Source of the DNA: Rhodothermales bacterium
GTDB taxonomy: Bacteria > Bacteroidota > Rhodothermia > Rhodothermales > JANQRZ01
Length of the DNA: 64,000 bases
Assembly (NCBI GenBank): GCA_965214485.1
Contig: CBDCBW010000015.1
Coordinates: forward strand, 246,227-310,226
Direction: 5' to 3'
The position numbers and the translations under genes are program-made. Below the pieces are notes generated by a model, which worked only from the letters and a program-made list of their open reading frames with translations, was not told the origin of the DNA and did no database searches. Position 1 is the first letter of the stretch. Every line of letters begins with the position of its first letter. This document shows positions 49,146 to 56,069 of the stretch, in pieces.

Positions 49146-50513
49146 ATGCTCCGACGGTTCCGCAGCGAGTTCCTCGACATCCGGCGCGACGAGTGGCCGC
49201 TGGCGCTCTCGATGTTCGGGTATTTCTTCCTCGTCATCACCTCGTTCTGGATCCTCAAGCCGATCAAGAAGAGCCTGTTCATCCAGTTCTACGACGAGGC
49301 TGGGTTCTCGCTCGCCGTCGGTGGGCTGTTCCAAATGGAGTTCCTCGCCTCGCAGGCGGAGCTCTTGGCAAAGGTCCTCAACATGGTCGTCGCAGCCGTC
49401 GCGGTGATTGTGTTTACCATCCTCGCGCGGCGGCTCCGGCGGGAGCAGCTCACCTACGTCTTCGCCGGGTTCTTCCTCGCGGCGTTCGCCGCCTACTCGC
49501 TCGTCATCAACGACCCGGGCGACGTGACCGTCTGGAGCTTCTACCTCTTCGGCGACCTGTGGACGACGCTGATGGTGGCGACGTTCTTCGCCTTCCTCAA
49601 CGACAGCGTGACGCCGAGCGCAGCGAAGCGGCTCTACGGCCTCGTCGTCCTCGGCGGCGTTGCGGGCGGGGCGTTCGGGACGACGTTCCTGGCCTTTTAC
49701 ATCGACGACGTCCCGGCCTCGGCGTGGCTGTGGATCTGCTTCGGGATGGCCGTCGCGATCATCGGGCTGGCCTACATCGCCGGGCGGATCGTCCGCCGGA
49801 ATCCGCCGCCCGAAGTGTCGCCCACCGGCGTCGATCCGGGGCGCGGCGAGGAGGCAGCGAAGAAGTCGAACGCGGCGCTCGAAGGCGCGCGGCTCGTTTT
49901 CCGCTCGAAGTACCTCTTGTCGATTGTCGCGATCGTCGGCATCTACGAGATCGTCTCGACGATCCTCGACTTCCAGTTCTCGTCGACGATTGCCCACTAC
50001 CTCGACGGCCCGGCCATCGGCCAGCAGTTCGCGACGGTCTTTGCGATCTCGAACGTGGTCGCGCTCGTCGTCCAGCTTTTGCTAACGACCGTCGTGATGC
50101 GGCGCTTCGGGCTGACGGTGGCGCTGCTCGTCACGCCGTTCGTGATGATCCTCGGCTCCACCGCCTTCCTTGCGCTCCCGATCCTGTGGGTCGGCTCGCT
50201 CCTCAACACCGCCGACAGCGCGTTCGCCTACTCGATCAACCAGTCGGCGCGCGAGGCACTCTACACGCCGACGACGCGCGACGAGAAGTACAAGGCCAAG
50301 GCGTTCATCGACATGTTCGTCCAGCGCTTCGCCAAGTCGATAGCCGTCGGCGTGAGCCTGCTTGTGACCCTCGTCTTCACCGACTTCTCGACGATCCGGT
50401 GGCTGAGTCTAGGGACCCTCGCCCTCGTCGCCGTGTGGGCCTTCGCCGCGCGCTACGCCGGACGGCAGTTCGCCGCGATGGAGGGGCAAGAGGAAGCAAA
50501 GGCCACCGGGTGA
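49146..50513 (+). CDS. Npt1/Npt2 (TLC ATP/ADP translocase-like) transporter
   Basis: ILKPIKKSLF, AKRLYG, DFQF, REALYTP...KYKAKAFIDMFVQR. Confidence 0.9.
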   Translation: MLRRFRSEFLDIRRDEWPLALSMFGYFFLVITSFWILKPIKKSLFIQFYDEAGFSLAVGGLFQMEFLASQAELLAKVLNMVVAAVAVIVFTILARRLRREQLTYVFAGFFLAAFAAYSLVINDPGDVTVWSFYLFGDLWTTLMVATFFAFLNDSVTPSAAKRLYGLVVLGGVAGGAFGTTFLAFYIDDVPASAWLWICFGMAVAIIGLAYIAGRIVRRNPPPEVSPTGVDPGRGEEAAKKSNAALEGARLVFRSKYLLSIVAIVGIYEIVSTILDFQFSSTIAHYLDGPAIGQQFATVFAISNVVALVVQLLLTTVVMRRFGLTVALLVTPFVMILGSTAFLALPILWVGSLLNTADSAFAYSINQSAREALYTPTTRDEKYKAKAFIDMFVQRFAKSIAVGVSLLVTLVFTDFSTIRWLSLGTLALVAVWAFAARYAGRQFAAMEGQEEAKATG

Positions 50514-50599
50514 GTCGGCAACCTTCGCCATTCCCCTTCGTTATTAGTCCCCTTCGTTATTAGGACGATTACGACTCCACGCACCCGAACCGCGCTGTC

Positions 50600-50890
50600 A
50601 TGACTGTCACCGTTGACGAAGCTGGTCGCATCCTTCTCCCGGAGCCTGTGCGCGACCGGCTCGGCCTTACGCCCGGCACGCCCCTCGTGCTCGATGTCCA
50701 CGACACCGGCGACGGTGCATCGACCGTCGCACTTCGCCGCGAAGACGCGACGGCGCTCGCGCAGGACGGTGCCCTCCTCGTCCATAAGGGTCGCCTCACG
50801 GATGCAGACTTTGATGCAAGGGCGTTTCTTCGCATACAGCGTGACGAGCGTGCCCGCAAGCATGGGGGGCTGGGCGGAGACGAGCGGTGA
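50600..50890 (+). CDS. AbrB/MazE-type antitoxin
   Basis: VTVDEAGRILLPEPVRDRLGL.PG. Confidence 0.9.
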   Translation: MTVTVDEAGRILLPEPVRDRLGLTPGTPLVLDVHDTGDGASTVALRREDATALAQDGALLVHKGRLTDADFDARAFLRIQRDERARKHGGLGGDER

Positions 50891-51330
50891 GCGGCCCGCG
50901 CACGCTGCTCGACACGTCCGTCCTCGTCGCTGCGCTCGAAGCCGGTCATCCGCACCACGCGGTCGCCCGTCCGTATCTCGAAGAAGGCCACCGGGAAGAG
51001 CGCACCCTGTTTGTTTCGGCGCACGCGCTCGCCGAAACGTTTGCCGTGCTCACGGTCCTTCCCGTCGCCCCACGCATCACGACGACCGAGGCTCAGCGAC
51101 TCCTGCGGGAAAGTGTGCTCCGAGTGGCCGAGGTCGTCACGCTGGACGCTGCCGACTACGACGCTGCGCTCGAACGCATGGTCGCTTTCGACCTCTTCAG
51201 CGGAGCCGTCTACGATGCCCTTCACGTCCGAGCCGCCGAGAAAGCAGGGGCCGCCGAACTCGTGACCTTCAACGGGCGCGACTTCCGACGGATGCCCCCG
51301 GAGCCACCCTGCCGCCTCGTCGTTCTGTAG
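50887..51330 (+). CDS. PIN-domain (VapC) toxin
   Basis: LLDTSVLVAA, LAETFAVLT, YDALH, LVTFN.RDF. Confidence 0.92.
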   Translation: MSGPRTLLDTSVLVAALEAGHPHHAVARPYLEEGHREERTLFVSAHALAETFAVLTVLPVAPRITTTEAQRLLRESVLRVAEVVTLDAADYDAALERMVAFDLFSGAVYDALHVRAAEKAGAAELVTFNGRDFRRMPPEPPCRLVVL

Positions 51331-51332
51331 CG

Positions 51333-51435
51333 TCCGCTGGCTGAGTCTAGGGACCCTCGCCCTCGTCGCCGTGTGGGCCTTCGCCGCACGCTACGCCGGG
51401 CGGCAATTCGCCCAGATGGAAGCCCGAGAGGGAGC
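51333..51435 (+). repeat. Displaced copy 1 of the Npt gene 3' end
   Basis: 51333-51420 matches 50395-50482 at 82/88. Confidence 0.95.
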
Positions 51436-51458
51436 AGCGGGATAAGCACGCCCAACCA

Positions 51459-51782
51459 TCAGCCTGTCACGCGGAGAACAACGCCCGCGGTAATCGATTC
51501 GATCAACGTCTTCACCTTCGGCACGAGCGGCGCGAGATCCTCGGTACGGTTGCTCCGTGCTTCCAGTAACACGACCCCGATGTCGTACCGGCTGAGGTTT
51601 TGCTGGTGCGGGATGCCCTGATCTGTCGTGATGAGTACGTCGAATGACGCAGACGCCACGGTGAGTAGTTTTCCATTTTTCCTACCGCTCCAGCCCTTCT
51701 CTTGCACGGTTCGTGCCTCGATCTCTGGCGCGAGGAGTCGGACCAGCGCCTTGGGCATGTTCTCGTCTAGCAGCGCTTTCAC
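51459..51782 (-). CDS. DUF5615 PIN-like toxin
   Basis: LLDENMP, GWSGRKNG.LL, LITTDQ...QQN. Confidence 0.9.
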   Translation of the reverse strand: MKALLDENMPKALVRLLAPEIEARTVQEKGWSGRKNGKLLTVASASFDVLITTDQGIPHQQNLSRYDIGVVLLEARSNRTEDLAPLVPKVKTLIESITAGVVLRVTG

Positions 51783-51988
51783 GCCGCCTCTGCTTTCTCC
51801 AGCGTCATCTCCAGATAGCCGACGGCCTGCTTCCGGCTGACCGTGGGGAAGTCACCGAGGAACTTGTCGATAGAGTCCCCTGAGGCAAGATGCTGAACGA
51901 GAATCTCGACGGGAACTCGGGTCCCGGCGAAGACGAGTGCCCCGTTCATAACGTCGGGGTCGCGCGAGATGATCTGCGAGTAGTCCAT
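51779..51988 (-). CDS. DUF433 antitoxin
   Basis: DPDVMNGALVFAGTRVPV...DFPTV. Confidence 0.92.
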   Translation of the reverse strand: MDYSQIISRDPDVMNGALVFAGTRVPVEILVQHLASGDSIDKFLGDFPTVSRKQAVGYLEMTLEKAEAA

Positions 51989-52055
51989 AGCAGCGTGCGT
52001 GTTGATCTAGGCCTGAAACGCGGCTCCGCGCAGCCCGATCCCGGTGGTGGGGCCG

Positions 52056-52129
52056 TCGCCGCGCGCTACGCCGGACGGCAGTTCGCCGCGATGGAGGCGC
52101 GTGAGGAGGCTACGGCTGCGACCAGATAA
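52056..52129 (+). repeat. Displaced copy 2 of the Npt gene 3' end
   Basis: 52056-52097 is identical to 50443-50484 (42 bp). Confidence 0.95.
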
Positions 52130-52152
52130 CAAGGTCGGCTCATGCGCTGGAG

Positions 52153-52551
52153 CTACAACGATGCCTTCCAGAGCGTCGCCACCCCGTAAGATGCGAAGGC
52201 AGCGTCTCGCGTGACAACCGGCATACCCTCCGCTTGGGCCTGCGCGATGATGAGGCGGTCGAAAGGGTCTTTGTGGTGGAACGGGAGGCGCTTTACCCTG
52301 TCGAGGTGGCGCGGCTGCACGGGCAGTACGTTCATCGCGTTGCCTCGGACCTGCCGTTCGACCAACTCCGGGAAAGACAGTGCGAGGTTGAGACGACCGA
52401 GGCTGGCCTTGATCGCCATTTCCCAAAGACTCGCCACGCTAAGGAAGCGCTCGTTGTCCGGATCGAGGATGAGAGCGCGGGCGTGCTCGCTGAGCCGGGC
52501 GTCGCCCCCAACGAACCAGAGAAAGGCGTGCGTGTCGAGGAGAAGCCTCAC
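52153..52551 (-). CDS. PIN-domain (VapC) toxin
   Basis: LLLDTHAFLW, SLWEMAIK, HHKDPFDRLIIAQA. Confidence 0.95.
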   Translation of the reverse strand: MRLLLDTHAFLWFVGGDARLSEHARALILDPDNERFLSVASLWEMAIKASLGRLNLALSFPELVERQVRGNAMNVLPVQPRHLDRVKRLPFHHKDPFDRLIIAQAQAEGMPVVTRDAAFASYGVATLWKASL

Positions 52552-52775
52552 GGCGCGTAAGGTTCGAAGCCATCAATCGGCGCGTCGAAGTCGTCGGACA
52601 TCTCGATCAACCCCCGTGCGCTTCCGAAGACCGGACGCGGCTCGGCGGCCAGTACCAGGGTGAGCCGGAAGGACGCTCCGTCCCCTCGGGCGATCACGAT
52701 GTCCTCTCCCGAGGCGGCTTCCTCGATCAGTTCAGGGAGCCGCTGCTGGGCCTCCTCTAGCTTGACAGTCCGCAT
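52548..52775 (-). CDS. Phd/YefM-type antitoxin
   Basis: EAQQRLPELIE...GEDIVI...FGSARG..MSDDFDAP. Confidence 0.9.
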   Translation of the reverse strand: MRTVKLEEAQQRLPELIEEAASGEDIVIARGDGASFRLTLVLAAEPRPVFGSARGLIEMSDDFDAPIDGFEPYAP

Positions 52776-53033
52776 AGCGTCTTCGGTTGGTCTAGGCCCC
52801 GTCCCGTTAATCCGGTTCCTGGCTCGGCGAGGCCCCTGAAGCGCCCTGCGGCGTTGTCCTCCTCGCCCGATGCTACGGCATCTGGCTCGTCGGACGCCTG
52901 GCCGGGTCCCTCCAGGGTCTCTCGCTCGCCGACGGACCGACCTACGTGACAGAGCCTAGGCGGTGTACGAAGAGAACCTCGCGTGGTTCGTGTGGCAGTC
53001 CGGCATCAGGCATCGACCCAACCCAAGAGAGAC

Positions 53034-53116
53034 TCGCCGTGCGCTACGCCAAACGGCAGTTCGCCGCGATGGAGAAGCGCGAAGAGTCCGCTGCCGGCGT
53101 AGCGAGAAGGGCTTAG
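53034..53116 (+). repeat. Displaced copy 3 of the Npt gene 3' end
   Basis: 53034-53074 matches 50443-50483 at 38/41. Confidence 0.9.
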
Positions 53117-53820
53117 GTAGCGAGAGAAGGGTTCGAGGCCATCGTGGGCGAAAGGCGACGGAGCAGCCCGAGGTCGAGGATGCTGAAGCCGACTTTGGAA
53201 AAGACCGGGAGCACGACGAACAGGAGGGTGTCCGTCCCCTGATCGAGCAGGCCGAGCCCAGACGGGCCGAGCATCCATACCGTCGGGTACCCGATCCAGA
53301 GCACGGTAAGGTAGCCCAGCACGGTCGTATAGACGCCGCCGAGGTCGTCGCCCTGGCTGAAGGCGAGGCGGCGGAGCGGCCCCCACGTGAGCCATAAGAC
53401 CGTGGCAAGCGCGGCGACGCCGATCCAGAAAAAGATGAACCGTGTCGGCCCGGACGCCAGGTCGCCGATAAGCCCGCAGAGGATCATGATCACGTCGGCT
53501 CCGACGAGCGCCCCGATGAGCACGTAGTTCCGCTCCTTGAGCCGGTGCATCGCGGTGAACGAAAGGGCGAGGAGGATGAGCGGCGTCGTTACGATCCAGT
53601 CGGCGTAGCGCGCCCAATAGGTCGTCTGTCCATCGACCTCGACCGTGCCGAGCCCGAGTGACATGGCGAGATATGCGATTCCCGACCAGACCGGGATGAG
53701 GATGGCGACGAGGTATTCCTCGCGGTGGACGCCGCGCGGGTCGCGCGCCCAGACAGCGAAGAGCAGCGCACCGGCCGCCATGCAGGCGACGTAGATCAGG
53801 TGGAGTGTGGGTTCTGACAT
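53113..53820 (-). CDS. Microbial rhodopsin, xenorhodopsin type
   Basis: 7 TM; RYADWIVTTPLILLA (DTA motif); LPVFSKVGFSILD with retinal Lys and Pro at the BR D212 position. Confidence 0.93.
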   Translation of the reverse strand: MSEPTLHLIYVACMAAGALLFAVWARDPRGVHREEYLVAILIPVWSGIAYLAMSLGLGTVEVDGQTTYWARYADWIVTTPLILLALSFTAMHRLKERNYVLIGALVGADVIMILCGLIGDLASGPTRFIFFWIGVAALATVLWLTWGPLRRLAFSQGDDLGGVYTTVLGYLTVLWIGYPTVWMLGPSGLGLLDQGTDTLLFVVLPVFSKVGFSILDLGLLRRLSPTMASNPSLAT

Positions 53821-53917
53821 GAGACGTGAGGAGAAGGGCGGAGCAGAAGGGAACCCCTCCGACCGGTCTTTTCCCCACGGGGTTCCACAGGAACGGGGTT
53901 CCGTAGGACGCTACACG

Positions 53918-53965
53918 CTAGAACAGCCGCCGGGTGCGGATGGTGCCGGGGACGGCGTGAAGTGC
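53918..53965 (-). repeat. Displaced copy of the serA 3' end
   Basis: 41/48 identical to 54676-54723; encodes ALHAVPGTIRTRRLF*. Confidence 0.93.
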
Positions 53966-53968
53966 GAA

Positions 53969-54175
53969 TCAGGCAGACCCGGACGTAGTCACCCGCCGCG
54001 GCTTCCTCTCCGTCACCTCCCAACCGCATGCCTCGGCGCGCTCACGGGCATGTTGGGAAATCGCCCGCACGTCGTTGCCGAAGCGAGCCGCGTACGCCTC
54101 CCGGTTGGCGCGCACTTCGCGCATCACCTCGTCCTCCCAGTCTTCCGGTGTCTCGTCTACCCCGTCAGATCTCAT
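53969..54175 (-). CDS. Small putative antitoxin
   Basis: DEVMREVRANREAYAARFGNDV; overlaps the PIN stop. Confidence 0.75.
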   Translation of the reverse strand: MRSDGVDETPEDWEDEVMREVRANREAYAARFGNDVRAISQHARERAEACGWEVTERKPRRVTTSGSA

Positions 54176-54654
54176 GGTGTCGTCGCGGCTAGTAGCTCCT
54201 CGGGCGAACAGAGCGTCGGTGAGCGATAGCCTCTGGTACGGCCTACCTCGGCTATTTGCTCCCGAAGCACCGGGTTGGCAATGTGCTTGAAGTTCCACGT
54301 CAGCAGATAGTCCGCCCCAGAGACGGTCGCTACGGCGATGTGGTTTGCGTCTGCGGTAGCCTTCTCCGGGAGCGGTACCTCGCGCAAGAGCGCCTCGGCG
54401 AGGGCATCGGACTCGGCAGAAGCGGCTACGACTTCAATGCTGCGCAGTGCTTCGAGTCGAGCCGCGGCAGCGGCCGGGTCGCCCAGCTCGGCTTCGGCCA
54501 GGACCAGCGGGGAGATGAACAGGTCGTAGCGGGAGCGCCGCGTGCTCCACCACCTGAGGGTATGCTGCTGCCGGGCGGCGGCGATCACACGGCCACTCGG
54601 GCGAGCGGTGAGGTAGCTGACGACGGACGTTTCGATGTAGAGCGACGGCTTCAT
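54172..54654 (-). CDS. PIN-domain toxin
   Basis: LYIETSVVSYLTARPS, DANHIAVA, YLLTWNFKHIAN, CSPEEL. Confidence 0.92.
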   Translation of the reverse strand: MKPSLYIETSVVSYLTARPSGRVIAAARQQHTLRWWSTRRSRYDLFISPLVLAEAELGDPAAAAARLEALRSIEVVAASAESDALAEALLREVPLPEKATADANHIAVATVSGADYLLTWNFKHIANPVLREQIAEVGRTRGYRSPTLCSPEELLAATTP

Positions 54655-54675
54655 CGGCTTGAGCTCCCATTCGGG

Positions 54676-55905
54676 TTAAAACAGCCGCCGCGTGCGGATC
54701 GTGCCGGGGACGTCGTGGAGCGCGGCGAGCGCCGCCTCGGAGGAGGCGGTGTCCACGTCGATCACGACGTAGCCGACCTCGCCCTTCGTCTGGAGGTACT
54801 GCCCCGAGATGTTCACCCCCTGCTCCGAGAACACGCGGTTGATTGCGCTCAGCACGCCGGGCCGGTTTTGGTGGACGTGGAGGAGCCGGTGCTGGCCGGG
54901 GTGCGGCGGGAGCGCGACCTCGGGGAAGTTCACCGCCGACAGGGTGCTGCCGTTGTCGCTGTAGCGGACGAGCTTGCCTGCCACCTCGGCCCCGATGTTC
55001 TCCTGCGCCTCGACCGTCGAGCCGCCGATGTGCGGCGTCAGGATCACGTTGTCGAAGCGCCGGAGGGGCGACTCGAACGGGTCATCGTTCGAGCGCGGCT
55101 CGGTGGGGTAGACGTCGAGCGCCGCCCCGCCGAGGTGCCCGCTCTCGAGCGCGTCGGCGAGGGCACCGAGGTCCACGACGGTGCCGCGCGAGGCGTTGAT
55201 GAGGACGGCCCCGGGTTGCATCTGCGCCAGCTCGCCGGGGCCGACCATCCACTTCGTCTCGGGCGTCTCGGGGACGTGCAGCGTCACGATGTCGGCCTCG
55301 GCCAGGAGGTCGTCCAGGCTCGCGCGCGGCGCGGCGTTGCCGAGCGGCAGCTTCGAGCCCGTGTCGTGGAACACGACCTGCATCCCGAGGGCCTCGGCGA
55401 GGACCGAGAGCTGCGAGCCGATGTTGCCGTAGCCCACCACCCCGAGCGTCTTGCCCCGGATTTCGCGGGCGTCCGCCGCGCTCTTGGCCCAGACGCCCCG
55501 GTGCGCGAGCGCGTTCTTGGCCGGCACCCCGCGCAGGAGCAGGATGGCCTCGGCGAGGACGAGCTCGGCGACGGAGCGCGTGTTCGAGAACGGCGCGTTG
55601 AAGACGGGAACCCCCCGCTCCGCCGCCGCGCCGAGGTCGATCTGGTTGGTCCCGATGCAGAAGGCCCCCACCGCGACGAGCTTCTCGGCGGCCTCGAAGA
55701 CGGCCTCCGGTAGCTGGGTCCGCGAGCGGATGCCGAGGAAGTGCACGTCGGCGAGGAGGCCGGGCAGCTCGCCCTCCGGCACGGTCCCCTCGACGCGCTC
55801 GACGGCGGTGTACCCGGCCTCTTCGAAGACCGCGACGGCGTTCGGGTGGATGCCTTCGAGGAGCAGGACGCGGAGACGGTCGCGGGAGAATGAGAGGGCA
55901 GGCAT
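54676..55905 (-). CDS. serA: D-3-phosphoglycerate dehydrogenase
   Basis: GIRSRTQ, FCIGTNQ, NAPFSNTRSVAEL, TPHIGGST; C-terminal ACT domain. Confidence 0.96.
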   Translation of the reverse strand: MPALSFSRDRLRVLLLEGIHPNAVAVFEEAGYTAVERVEGTVPEGELPGLLADVHFLGIRSRTQLPEAVFEAAEKLVAVGAFCIGTNQIDLGAAAERGVPVFNAPFSNTRSVAELVLAEAILLLRGVPAKNALAHRGVWAKSAADAREIRGKTLGVVGYGNIGSQLSVLAEALGMQVVFHDTGSKLPLGNAAPRASLDDLLAEADIVTLHVPETPETKWMVGPGELAQMQPGAVLINASRGTVVDLGALADALESGHLGGAALDVYPTEPRSNDDPFESPLRRFDNVILTPHIGGSTVEAQENIGAEVAGKLVRYSDNGSTLSAVNFPEVALPPHPGQHRLLHVHQNRPGVLSAINRVFSEQGVNISGQYLQTKGEVGYVVIDVDTASSEAALAALHDVPGTIRTRRLF

Positions 55906-56069
55906 CGAACCGATGGGGCGCAGGCGGAGGAGGGCGCAAGATAGCGGTGCGCCCGACAGCGGAAAGCCAACGCCGGACGCCCGACGGCGGAAGGCCGACG
56001 GCGGGAAGCCGACGCTGGGAGGCCGAGGCCGGGCGGCGTTATCTTGCGCGCAGGCTACTTCTCCCGCGT

